Origin: a virus
Taxonomy: Duplodnaviria > Caudoviricetes
Reading direction: 5' to 3' (one strand)
Virus record (IMG/VR): IMGVR_UViG_3300035701_000039
Location: 1-55,692 of that record
DNA length: 55,692 nt
Shown here in pieces: positions 25,452 through 34,361 of the stretch. Position 1 is the stretch's first letter; each line of letters starts with the position of its first letter. The notes beneath the pieces are model-generated. The model was not told the DNA's origin. It did no database searches and was given only the letters and a program-made list of their open reading frames with translations. The position numbers and the translations under genes are program-made.

Positions 25452-26720
25452 ATGTTCGGACAGTCTATGTATTCGTACAACACAGGGAGTACAATGTCAG
25501 AACTAAATGGATGTCCAGACACCCTTCTCAATTCTGAGTTGGAAATATACAAACATCCATTGGTTCAATCCCTGTTAGATGCCCTTCCCCAACCTCTTAC
25601 TCGCACTCCTTGGTCATTCACTTTTCCCATTTCTAAGAAGATGGAAGAAGAAGGAAAAATCATTATCGCTGGTTATGCTTCCGTAGAGGTCATTGACAGC
25701 CAGAACGAACTTATACCCATACCGGTTCTAAAGGAGGCTTGGGTAAAGTTCAAGGCTAATAAGTATTTTGCTACTGGGTCACTCATGCATTCTAACATTC
25801 CTGTCATTAGGATCCTAGACGAGTACAAAGATTCTAAGGGTCAGGTCTGGAAGAGTGAAGTCGACGACACCGGTCTCTTTATCGTGGCCGAAGTCAGGAA
25901 CGATATCGAGAAGGGGTTGCAGACGATTGAACTTATCAAGGATAATAAACTTACCGGGTTCAGTATAGGAGGGGAAGCCCTAGCTTCTTCTATCATCTGT
26001 GAAGGGAAATGCTACACTAGGATAGACAAGATGGAATTACACGAAATAGCGGTTGTGGACCGTCCGGCAAATCAACCTTCCGTCTTTACCATAGTCAAGT
26101 CGGATAGGTTGAGAAAATTGGCGGAATTGACTGAAGCCCTTCCTGATCTAATCATCAGTCCGGGAGTAGCCAAGGTCGCAGGTTCAGTAGCCGAATTAGG
26201 AGAAGGTCACGATTTCGACCTGATCATAACCGCTTCTGAAGGTTCATTTGTTGACCGGGCAATTCAAACCCGGATTTTTAATGAGCTGAGAAGAAAAGGG
26301 AAAGAAGACCTTTGGAAGAGTCTACATGTCATTCACGAACCGGAAGGTCTAGGACCCTTTACCGATCACTATGACCTGTTCGATCTTGTCCTGTTAAGGT
26401 CTACTCCCCATAAAAGGGACATGACCTACACCGGAGGGGAAAAGACTAAGAACTCCCTCAAGGACAAACTCGTAGAGGAATTCAAACTTAATCCGGGTCA
26501 AGCTGGTTTATTGATCAACTGGCTTGGCGATGCCGCTAAGAAATTAGTGGCTGTTGGGACAAAGAAGGAAAAATTCGAGTGTCCCATTCTAGTCTCAGTA
26601 GAGAAACTAGATGAGGCAATAGACAAGGCCAATTCAAGTAGGATAATGAGAAAATCCATATCTCATCTTGATGAGGCAATTTCAAAGTTATCTCTTAACC
26701 GAGAAACTATAACCTCGTAA
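25452..26720 (+). CDS. HK97-type prohead protease fused to a Pol-beta-superfamily nucleotidyltransferase-like domain
   Basis: IAGYASVEVIDSQNE, LMH, GFSIGG, EIAVVDRPAN; then VAGSVAELGEGHDFDLII. Confidence 0.88.
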   Translation: MFGQSMYSYNTGSTMSELNGCPDTLLNSELEIYKHPLVQSLLDALPQPLTRTPWSFTFPISKKMEEEGKIIIAGYASVEVIDSQNELIPIPVLKEAWVKFKANKYFATGSLMHSNIPVIRILDEYKDSKGQVWKSEVDDTGLFIVAEVRNDIEKGLQTIELIKDNKLTGFSIGGEALASSIICEGKCYTRIDKMELHEIAVVDRPANQPSVFTIVKSDRLRKLAELTEALPDLIISPGVAKVAGSVAELGEGHDFDLIITASEGSFVDRAIQTRIFNELRRKGKEDLWKSLHVIHEPEGLGPFTDHYDLFDLVLLRSTPHKRDMTYTGGEKTKNSLKDKLVEEFKLNPGQAGLLINWLGDAAKKLVAVGTKKEKFECPILVSVEKLDEAIDKANSSRIMRKSISHLDEAISKLSLNRETITS

Positions 26721-26736
26721 GAGGAAGGAAAGAAAG

Positions 26737-27270
26737 ATGCCAGAAATTAAAGAACCGGAAAAACCTAAGGAAGAGGAACCGAAAAAGAAAGCATGCGAGG
26801 AACCAGATAAATATCCTAAAGAGGAAAAGGCTGAGGCCGCTCCCCATTGGGCTATTGAACTGGGAGCAAAGATCGACAAGCTTGCGGATGCCATAATTCG
26901 TTCAGCGGCTAAACCTGAAGAGGTTAAGCCGGAAGAGGAAAAGCCGAAGGAGAAGACGAAGGCTGATGCTTATCCCAAGCCACCTGAGGAAGAGAAACCG
27001 AAGGAAGAGGGAAAAGCTGAACCGGAGAAGTATCCTTACGGCAAGGACGAGCAGAAGTTCAAGACCATGATCGAGGACGCAATCAAGTCGGCCAATATAC
27101 CGGATGTTGTTGAGAAAGCAATTTCGAAACGTCTGGTCGAGGAACCGATCGAGAAGCGCGCTAAGGCTGTGGGTCCTGAGAAGGAATCCGAAGTCGACAT
27201 TTCTCCAGAAGCACTAGGCAAGTTGTCTTTTAGAGAAGTCGAAGCACTGGCGAAAAGACTGGGGTCTTAG
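26737..27270 (+). CDS. Capsid scaffolding protein
   Basis: E/K/P-rich low-complexity protein between protease and capsid genes. Confidence 0.75.
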   Translation: MPEIKEPEKPKEEEPKKKACEEPDKYPKEEKAEAAPHWAIELGAKIDKLADAIIRSAAKPEEVKPEEEKPKEKTKADAYPKPPEEEKPKEEGKAEPEKYPYGKDEQKFKTMIEDAIKSANIPDVVEKAISKRLVEEPIEKRAKAVGPEKESEVDISPEALGKLSFREVEALAKRLGS

Positions 27271-27272
27271 AT

Positions 27273-28376
27273 ATGCCAGAAACAATGGAAGAATTCCTAG
27301 CCAAGTTCTACGGTCCTAGAAAGAGACTGTTGAAGACCGCAACCCAAATATCGGATGCGGCAGTCGCTGCTGGGTCTAGAACGATCTGGGAACCAATCTT
27401 TGGCGCTAAGGTCTGGTCATGGCTGAATCTGGAAGCTAACGTATTCGCTATTCTGCCGAAGGAACCATGGGGCAAGTCAGGCTGGCGCATACTAACCGCT
27501 CGAGCTCACGAATCGGGTGGAGGCATAGCTGAAGGCGCAGAGGGTGGAGCAATTCCAGCGTCTGTGACTCTCACCTTTGCTGAGGTATTGGCCGCGCCTA
27601 AACTGGTCAGCCACACCTTCGACATAACGGAACTAGCGGAATTTCTAAGCTCAGCCGACGACGCAATAGACCTGTTCCCGATTTACCGAGAGGAAATTGG
27701 GAAGGAACACGCCTCCTGCATCAACAAAATGCTGGTTGGGGATGCTAACACTGTGGCCGGGAATAACTTCGAATCTTTGGACCGTGTTATAGCGGCTAAA
27801 TCCGAAATAACCGGTGGAAGATACGGAGCTAACGATCTAGACATTTATGGTCTAGACCGAGACAGTCCGACGACCTACGATGCTTACGTAAGTCACAACA
27901 GCGGCACAGACAGGGACCTAAGTCTGTCTCTCATTGATACCGTACTTCAAAATGTATGGGATAATGGAGGCTTACCTAAGGTCATTCTGACCAAGACCGA
28001 CAGCATGATGCGATGGCAGCAACTCCTCGAAGCCGAAAGACGATTCATGGACACCGCTAGGGTAGTCCCTACCTACGGCGGCGTGCGTGGACCGGCTCCG
28101 GGTGTAGAGGCAGGATTCCTAGTCGCAACCTACTTTGGCATACCCATCATACCGAGCATAGACATTCCAGTGGATGACACTATAGGTCCAATATTCTTCA
28201 TCGACACCGATTTTCTCAAGTTCGCGGTTGCTCAACCGACGACCTACGTGGAATCGGGCAAGGGTGAAGGATTCATCTATAGGGGATACTTCAAGACTCA
28301 GGGTCTGTACAAGACAAGGGGCGAGCTTAGGGCATACCGGTTCAACGTTCACGGCAAGCTAGTAGACCTGAAGTAG
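27273..28376 (+). CDS. Major capsid protein (HK97 fold)
   Basis: Size and position; GAKVWSWLNLEANVFAILPKEPWxKSGWR, ESLDRV, TYFGIPII, HGKLVDLK typical of archaeal tailed-virus capsid proteins. Confidence 0.92.
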   Translation: MPETMEEFLAKFYGPRKRLLKTATQISDAAVAAGSRTIWEPIFGAKVWSWLNLEANVFAILPKEPWGKSGWRILTARAHESGGGIAEGAEGGAIPASVTLTFAEVLAAPKLVSHTFDITELAEFLSSADDAIDLFPIYREEIGKEHASCINKMLVGDANTVAGNNFESLDRVIAAKSEITGGRYGANDLDIYGLDRDSPTTYDAYVSHNSGTDRDLSLSLIDTVLQNVWDNGGLPKVILTKTDSMMRWQQLLEAERRFMDTARVVPTYGGVRGPAPGVEAGFLVATYFGIPIIPSIDIPVDDTIGPIFFIDTDFLKFAVAQPTTYVESGKGEGFIYRGYFKTQGLYKTRGELRAYRFNVHGKLVDLK

Positions 28377-28378
28377 AC

Positions 28379-28482
28379 GGTTAGTCCGGAAGGATTAACC
28401 TTAACTTCTCCCCTTTACTTGACGGGGAAGGTCCGGTATAGGACCTTAAACTATACCAAATAATAAAAAAGGAAGAAAGAAA
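28379..28482 (+). promoter_or_regulatory. Intergenic RNA element A: GNRA hairpin, pyrimidine tract, H-type pseudoknot, A-tract
   Basis: GGTTAGTCC-GGAA-GGATTAACC; AAGGTC/GACCTT with GGTATAG/CTATACC. Confidence 0.65.
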
Positions 28483-29319
28483 ATGGGAACGAACGACTTA
28501 AGTCTTGGAAAAGCTGCTTGTCCTTTCCTAATTACGGGAAGACGATCAAAGCACTTTGATATGGACGGTAAACTATCGGTTACTTTGGATACGACCGCAT
28601 TGGCCGCAGTTGAGACAAGAGAGTCAGTTGCTAGTGAAATAAAACTGACAACTAACAGCTCTTACTTGACCGGGGATAGTCTGGTTTATTCCGGTGGAAG
28701 AGGATCATCCGCCTTAAAGATCAGCTTGACGCACTCCGGTCTAGGTGGCGGACACGGAATATACGTGGCTTTAACTAATACCGGGGCACAGGTTACGGCT
28801 GGTCACGGCGTAGTCGGAATCAAATGCGTGGTTACAAATACTGTCGCATTGAGTAATGGTGTCATATACGCCGCTCAGTTCATAGCTAAACACAACCACG
28901 CCACCAATGTAATGACTGCCGAAGCCAGCCTTATTGGAGTTGAAGCTTGGGCTTACCTCGCCAACGATGGACCAGCCAGAACAGCGATAGGAGCAAACTT
29001 TGCTATCCATAACGAATGCACAGCGGCAATTGGGGCCGGTTCAGTCCACAGAGTAGTTCAGATAGTATGCGATCTAGCCTCGGGCGCTCAGGCGCCAACT
29101 GAAGGTTCTGCTCTATGCATTTGGAACTTTGTCGGGGCATGGGACAACGCTATCAACATCGTCAATTCTAGCTCGGGTTTCACTAATTTCGTGAAGTTCA
29201 CTGATGACGAGGCGCCAGCCAAATCGACAGAAGCGGTAACTGGCACTCAAGCCGGGTGGATCAGGGTACTTATCGGTTCAGTGACGGGATACATACCAGT
29301 TTATCCGACCCACGATTAG
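28483..29319 (+). CDS. Virion structural protein (beta-rich spike/decoration)
   Basis: G/A/T-rich; C-terminal GWIRVLIGSVTGYIPVY trimerisation-type motif. Confidence 0.7.
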   Translation: MGTNDLSLGKAACPFLITGRRSKHFDMDGKLSVTLDTTALAAVETRESVASEIKLTTNSSYLTGDSLVYSGGRGSSALKISLTHSGLGGGHGIYVALTNTGAQVTAGHGVVGIKCVVTNTVALSNGVIYAAQFIAKHNHATNVMTAEASLIGVEAWAYLANDGPARTAIGANFAIHNECTAAIGAGSVHRVVQIVCDLASGAQAPTEGSALCIWNFVGAWDNAINIVNSSSGFTNFVKFTDDEAPAKSTEAVTGTQAGWIRVLIGSVTGYIPVYPTHD

Positions 29320-29365
29320 GCAAGTTAAATAACTGGGAAGACTAGATAGATATAGGTGTCAAAAA

Positions 29366-29707
29366 TTGAGGAAGATAAACCTGAAGCCCTATAAGGTGTC
29401 AATCACTACACCAGAGGGGATTAAGGAATTCGACTATGACATTAAGACGTCTATCGAGTCTATTCTACTGTCCTCGGGACCAATGACCGAACAGAAACTG
29501 TCGATGGTTGAGGTGCTTAGGAATGCTAGGCTGGCTGAGAAAATAAAATCAGCTCAGGATGACATTCTACTCGAAGAAAGCGAGTATAGCACCTTAAAAC
29601 AATCCTTCGACGCCTTCAAGGGGTATAGCGGGAACGAAGTCGAAATGTGTCGTCGGGTGCAAGAAGCGGATCATGTAGACGTCCAAGAGAAAAGAAAGAA
29701 ATCATAG
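29366..29707 (+). CDS. Hypothetical protein (possible chaperone)
   Basis: 113-aa ORF with AGGTG ribosome-binding site and TTG start. Confidence 0.65.
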   Translation: MRKINLKPYKVSITTPEGIKEFDYDIKTSIESILLSSGPMTEQKLSMVEVLRNARLAEKIKSAQDDILLEESEYSTLKQSFDAFKGYSGNEVEMCRRVQEADHVDVQEKRKKS

Positions 29708-29797
29708 GTTAGTAAACCTTTTCTTAAGTTTCTACTCTAGCCAGAAGAGTAAAACAAACTGGTTCAAAATAAAAAAAAGAAAAGAAGGAAAGAATGA
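29706..29797 (+). promoter_or_regulatory. Intergenic RNA element B: hairpin, T-tract, H-type pseudoknot, A-tract
   Basis: AGGTT-AGTA-AACCT; TACTCT/AGAGTA with AGCCAG/CTGGTT. Confidence 0.55.
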
Positions 29798-30061
29798 ATG
29801 GCTCTTACAATTGTGCAAGAATATAAAGGATCCTTAGCCGGCTTGCTTAAGGTCATCATATACAAGATCACGGACAGTGACGGGAGCGGAGGAGTAGTCA
29901 ATGCAGCGGTAAACCACATCTGTTGGGCAGGGGCAACTAACCTGACTAGAGCGGTCTTTATGAGTACGATCTGGACTGACGATTCAGAGGCAATAACTCT
30001 CGGGACGGAAGGAAGTGCTGGCGACGTTATAAGGCTCATAGTTCTGGGATGGGGGGGTTAG
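29798..30061 (+). CDS. Small beta-rich virion protein
   Basis: 87-aa ORF in the structural module. Confidence 0.65.
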   Translation: MALTIVQEYKGSLAGLLKVIIYKITDSDGSGGVVNAAVNHICWAGATNLTRAVFMSTIWTDDSEAITLGTEGSAGDVIRLIVLGWGG

Positions 30062-30259
30062 ATGTCCAAAGAAGAAAAGAAGGACTGTGCTGAGGGGCTC
30101 ATCAAACTCGTCAACAAGCCCAATGCTTGGAGAATGGAAGCCACTCACGTGCTGATAGACTTTGGACACGACATCAAGACCCTCAAGATGGAATGTGCTG
30201 CCGTCCTCGGCTTAGCAATCCTTATATTGGGCGTCATGGTTAAGTTAGCATTAGGGTGA
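30062..30259 (+). CDS. Small coiled-coil + transmembrane protein
   Basis: C-terminal hydrophobic helix. Confidence 0.65.
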   Translation: MSKEEKKDCAEGLIKLVNKPNAWRMEATHVLIDFGHDIKTLKMECAAVLGLAILILGVMVKLALG

Positions 30260-30263
30260 GACG

Positions 30264-30437
30264 ATGACAGACATAACTTTTACCGTATTCAAGAAATCCT
30301 ACGCCGACAACATTACTGATGCCGCCTTTCAAACCGCGTTGAAGACGGACTTAGACGCCCTGACGTGCAATACCGTTTACGAATTAAGCATCGAGCACGT
30401 TCAAGGATTTTGGGTAGTCATACTCGTCTACGCCTAG
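30264..30437 (+). CDS. 57-aa hypothetical protein (not in ORF track)
   Basis: GGGTGA ribosome-binding site; MTDITFTVFKKS...VVILVYA fills the gap. Confidence 0.6.
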   Translation: MTDITFTVFKKSYADNITDAAFQTALKTDLDALTCNTVYELSIEHVQGFWVVILVYA

Positions 30438-30446
30438 GGATAGATC

Positions 30447-31184
30447 ATGACCTACACGCCGAAGTACGCCTCTCAAGCTAAGGTAGCGGGAATAACCCAG
30501 TTTACGGCAGGGGCTGGAACTACCCCGACCGAGACTCAGGTTCTTACTTGGATAGAAGAGGTTGAGGCGGACGCGGATGCTAGGTTCTTAGCTTCTTATA
30601 CCGTGACTGACCAGATCATAGACGTGGATCCAAAACTGAACTACCCTCCCAAAGGTACGATCGCTTGGTTAGAGGCAATCGCCGGGGCTGAATTCGAAGA
30701 GGCCAATGCCGGGGTATTAATACCTCCCTTCAAACCGGTAGTGAGCGTTACATCCATATATCGAAGGACTACCAGTCTAACCGAGACAGCTGTATGGGAA
30801 CTTCTAACTGAGGGTCCGGGATCAACGGCCAGCTTCATAATCATGAAGAAGCCGACTAAGACGGGGCAGTATCTGGGAGTAGCAATCTTCTTCTACCAGA
30901 ATGAACCGTACGTCGGCTTCGGTAGGTTAAAGATGACCTACGTCTACGGATGGAACCTGAACACGACGATAATAGGCGAGTGGTGCTCCCTTAAGGTCGC
31001 ATTGAAAGTTCTTGAGGCTCTAAAAGAGGCCAACACCCCGGTAGGAAGCGGGGACTATAGTCTAATGGACCTGAGGATCGGTCTAGTAGACATCGAGACG
31101 AGGGCGAAAGGAATAATCAAAAGAGTGGAGGAATTAGAAGAACAGTACTTCCCTAGCAAGAAGTTAGGTATAGCATTCTTCTAG
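30447..31184 (+). CDS. Head-tail adaptor
   Basis: YAS..KV, WIEEVEADAD, LKMTYVYG; position after the capsid genes. Confidence 0.75.
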   Translation: MTYTPKYASQAKVAGITQFTAGAGTTPTETQVLTWIEEVEADADARFLASYTVTDQIIDVDPKLNYPPKGTIAWLEAIAGAEFEEANAGVLIPPFKPVVSVTSIYRRTTSLTETAVWELLTEGPGSTASFIIMKKPTKTGQYLGVAIFFYQNEPYVGFGRLKMTYVYGWNLNTTIIGEWCSLKVALKVLEALKEANTPVGSGDYSLMDLRIGLVDIETRAKGIIKRVEELEEQYFPSKKLGIAFF

Positions 31185-31234
31185 GTTCATTGCCCGGAAG
31201 GGCATCCCAATAAAATGTTGATGTTGGTGAATAA

Positions 31235-31591
31235 ATGGGAAAATTTCAAGACCTCTTGAGCAAGGAGGGTGAGACAGTGTCTCATTACGTTCATTCCTTT
31301 GAGAGCAGTAGAAATTCGACTACTAATCTCAAGATTTCTAAATGGGCGGCTTCTGTAAATATAAAGGCCTGTGTCAGAAGCCAATCGAAATTACCTGACC
31401 ATAAGGATGCTGGTCTGCATTTTCTAGACCATATTGTTCTTCTGACTGAAACTGTTATGAACCCCTTAGACGTCGTGAAGTGGAACAGTAAATATTATGA
31501 TGTTTCGCTCGTAGAAGGACAATTCTGGAAAGGAGTATTGCAATATTATAAGATCACGTGCGAGGAACGTATTGAATTTCTAGGTGTTTGA
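31235..31591 (+). CDS. Head closure (stopper) protein
   Basis: Size and position; GETV...LDVVKWNSKYYDV. Confidence 0.7.
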   Translation: MGKFQDLLSKEGETVSHYVHSFESSRNSTTNLKISKWAASVNIKACVRSQSKLPDHKDAGLHFLDHIVLLTETVMNPLDVVKWNSKYYDVSLVEGQFWKGVLQYYKITCEERIEFLGV

Positions 31592-32549
31592 TATGGTAGA
31601 CATAACTGACCCCGTTCGGACCATCGTAGGTTTACTGAAGTCGTCTAGTACCGGCATTGGGACAACGGGCTATGAGATAACCAACGATGCCGGAACAGGA
31701 CTAACCATATCGAATGGGGATATACTCGTCTCTTATGCTTTGAGTCGGGAAGAACTTAAGGATCTGTTCGGAGGAAGTCAGGATTATGACGTCATCATTA
31801 CCGTCAGGAAAGGGGAGGTAGAGGACGACTGGATAGGCCTATCAACCAAGCAGTGGAAGGTTCCGGTAATAATCGAGGTTAACATAATAGACAAGTGGTC
31901 GGGAGCAGGTTCAAATCTGCAGACCATAACTGCCGTTCTAGTCCGGGAAAAGGCCGAGAATGCTATTAGGAAGTTCATCAAGAACAAGACGAATGCTCCG
32001 GGCGGTTCAGTTCATCGTTGGTTAGGCAAGACCTACAGAGACGAAGAGGACAGAAGCCTTAAACCCATCATTTTCAAGTGTACCATAACGACTGAATCGT
32101 GGACCTATTACGACCCTCCGATCGAATACTGTCCTGCCGGTGAACAGATAACAGGCGGAGGATTAGAAAATACCTTGGAGGGTTGGGACAGTGGCGGGTA
32201 TGGCACCTATTTCAGCGACTCTAATCCTCATGGCGGCAGTTGGATGCTCGTACTACAGCTCAATGGATGTTCTGGAGAAACCAGTTGGATTAAACAGACC
32301 CTCTCCTCTTCTATTAGAGTCGCATGCGTAAGCCTATTGAGGTTGTTCGTGATGGGGACGGTGATTGTTACTCTCACATACGAGGACAATCCCGATCAGG
32401 AGATAGAATGCGTAGGGAATTTCTGTGAATGGACGGAATTTGATCTGACGGGTGACCTGATAACCGGAAAGGTCTTAACCGCGATAAAGATAGAGAACGT
32501 TAGTGCAGACGCTTACGTTGATGATGTCTCTCTGGTGGGGTCCGGATGA
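31584..32549 (+). CDS. Tail terminator-like protein with a C-terminal carbohydrate-binding-like domain
   Basis: Position; C-terminal GGLE...WIKQ...YVDDVSL jelly-roll pattern. Confidence 0.6.
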   Translation: MFDMVDITDPVRTIVGLLKSSSTGIGTTGYEITNDAGTGLTISNGDILVSYALSREELKDLFGGSQDYDVIITVRKGEVEDDWIGLSTKQWKVPVIIEVNIIDKWSGAGSNLQTITAVLVREKAENAIRKFIKNKTNAPGGSVHRWLGKTYRDEEDRSLKPIIFKCTITTESWTYYDPPIEYCPAGEQITGGGLENTLEGWDSGGYGTYFSDSNPHGGSWMLVLQLNGCSGETSWIKQTLSSSIRVACVSLLRLFVMGTVIVTLTYEDNPDQEIECVGNFCEWTEFDLTGDLITGKVLTAIKIENVSADAYVDDVSLVGSG

Positions 32550-33091
32550 ACAACCTAACGATCGTCATACCCGTCTCAGAGGATCCTAAGGTCATAAAGG
32601 ATTTCATAATTGGCAATGAGAAAATCCTAACTGAGAATCGGGTCATAGTAGTCAATCGGAGAGGAGGAGAAGAATTGAAGCCCTTCTCGACGATATGGTT
32701 CTCTAAGGAGTCCACCTTTTGGGATGCCAGAAGGGAAGGTCTAGATCTAGTCGAGACGGAGTATACCCTCTGTCTGGATTCGGACACTATACTCCCGGAA
32801 GGTTACATCGAGGAAGCCCTCACGATTCTTCAACTGAGAAGGTATGTAGCGGTAGTGGCTATAGACTACGAGGACCTTCAAGGCCATTTAGCGTTCGGGA
32901 CGAGCATCTGGAGAACCGTTATTCTAAAGGACCTTTACGACTGGAATAAGAACAGAGAAAATCCTTCTCGGGGATGCGAATGCGTCCATATGTGGTCCAA
33001 GGTTAGAAGGTCCAAATTCAGAGTTGAAACCCTCAACATGAGGGCTAAACACCTAAAAATTGAAGGAGGAAATAAAACACGACTGACGTGA
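32546..33091 (+). CDS. GT-A (family 2-like) glycosyltransferase
   Basis: LTIVIPV, VIVVN, ARREGL, LCLDSD (DxD). Confidence 0.82.
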   Translation: MNNLTIVIPVSEDPKVIKDFIIGNEKILTENRVIVVNRRGGEELKPFSTIWFSKESTFWDARREGLDLVETEYTLCLDSDTILPEGYIEEALTILQLRRYVAVVAIDYEDLQGHLAFGTSIWRTVILKDLYDWNKNRENPSRGCECVHMWSKVRRSKFRVETLNMRAKHLKIEGGNKTRLT

Positions 33092-33999
33092 TAACCCCTC
33101 AAGATGTAAGTGTCTATTACGACACGGAAGACACCTTCGGAGACGGAGGAAGTGCAGGCACGCCTGTATTCTCTTGGATAGGGATAATAGACGACGTGAT
33201 GAATTCCTACGGCAACTCCATGCTTGAATGTCGTGGCATTGGAGGCATAGACGTGAATGCCTTAGCCGTTGGAATGAAGGACCCGGAAATAACTCTCAAG
33301 TGGATAGTCCAGAAGAAGAGGAGCGTGGCAACAGCCTTTGACCCGGCCACTTTCTTCGCCTATGCAAAGAGCTTTCCTACCGGATTGGCCTTAGGCTACG
33401 AGGCGACATTCGGCGCTAGTCACTTTAGTCTCTGGTACAAGGGCATGCAGATGGACTCTCTAGAGGTAGAGTTTACAGTTGACAGTTTCATAAAGGCCTC
33501 TTCTAAGTTCGTCGGCCAAGACATAACTAGTGCCAATGCCGTGATCGGGGCGGCGAGCAGGGCATCTAATCCCCTCGACCTAGCCAACAGTTATTCCTTG
33601 CCATTAACTGGCTTCGACGCTGAAGTATTCGTTAATGCGGCGGGAGCAGGGGACAGTCCGATCGCCAATCTTAAGAGGGCGAGCTTCTACATAAAGAACA
33701 ACCTGACTAGGATCCCTGTTGTTAGGACGAGCAATGCAACCCTTCTCAAGTACATCCTCAAGTCTAGGAGAGAATTGGGAGGAGAATTGACCGTCTACGT
33801 CGAAGACAAGACGCAGATAGACTACCTGCTTAACGCCACGCCCTTGGACATTAGAATAGACCTCGAGAAGAGCGGTAATACACCCTACTTCGACTTTACC
33901 GGCGCCAAGATAGACATGGGCAACTTGACGACTAGACTGAACGAAATACCATGTGAGATAAGTCTGCCATTCACGGCGACTGGAATCTCAGTGGGTTAG
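33088..33999 (+). CDS. Tail tube (major tail) protein
   Basis: YxxEDTFG N-terminus, IKNNL, RRELGGELT, LPFTA; followed by a chaperone pair. Confidence 0.82.
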   Translation: MITPQDVSVYYDTEDTFGDGGSAGTPVFSWIGIIDDVMNSYGNSMLECRGIGGIDVNALAVGMKDPEITLKWIVQKKRSVATAFDPATFFAYAKSFPTGLALGYEATFGASHFSLWYKGMQMDSLEVEFTVDSFIKASSKFVGQDITSANAVIGAASRASNPLDLANSYSLPLTGFDAEVFVNAAGAGDSPIANLKRASFYIKNNLTRIPVVRTSNATLLKYILKSRRELGGELTVYVEDKTQIDYLLNATPLDIRIDLEKSGNTPYFDFTGAKIDMGNLTTRLNEIPCEISLPFTATGISVG

Positions 34000-34007
34000 G
34001 TGGTGAC

Positions 34008-34361
34008 ATGAGAAAAGAAATAACCCTTAAGAAAGAGGATTTTGGTTCTGATTGGGAGGGCAAATACGTCTTTGAGACTATGAGCTGGGGAACAAGCAAC
34101 GAGATAACGAGCGACTGTACCTCGATCAACCCGGCGACCAAGAAGAGCTCAGTAGACCTTAAGACGCTCCAAGCCAGAATGCTTGATGCTACCTTAGTCG
34201 AGAAACCTAAGGGCATAACTCTAGACGTCCTGATGCAGAAGGACGGCATACCGATGGTCCTAGGAGAATTCCTTATGTCGGTAGCAGACCACGTCAACGG
34301 CTTCGGTGAAGAGGACAGAGAAACACTAAAAAAATTAAAGCGGCGATGGGGTTTGGAGTAG
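34008..34361 (+). CDS. Tail assembly chaperone (gpG-like)
   Basis: Directly after the tail tube gene; ends near an A7 slippery site. Confidence 0.75.
   Translation: MRKEITLKKEDFGSDWEGKYVFETMSWGTSNEITSDCTSINPATKKSSVDLKTLQARMLDATLVEKPKGITLDVLMQKDGIPMVLGEFLMSVADHVNGFGEEDRETLKKLKRRWGLE
34328..34334 (+). other. -1 ribosomal frameshift slippery site (A AAA AAA)
   Basis: Correct phase; -1 frame runs into ORF 34346..34624; downstream stem GGGTTTGG/CCAGACCT. Confidence 0.75.

Noticed and set aside
31190-31232. GNRA hairpin (TGCCC-GGAA-GGGCA) and a second weak stem before the head-closure gene
   Set aside because: Short and no pseudoknot; not enough to call a third copy of the intergenic module
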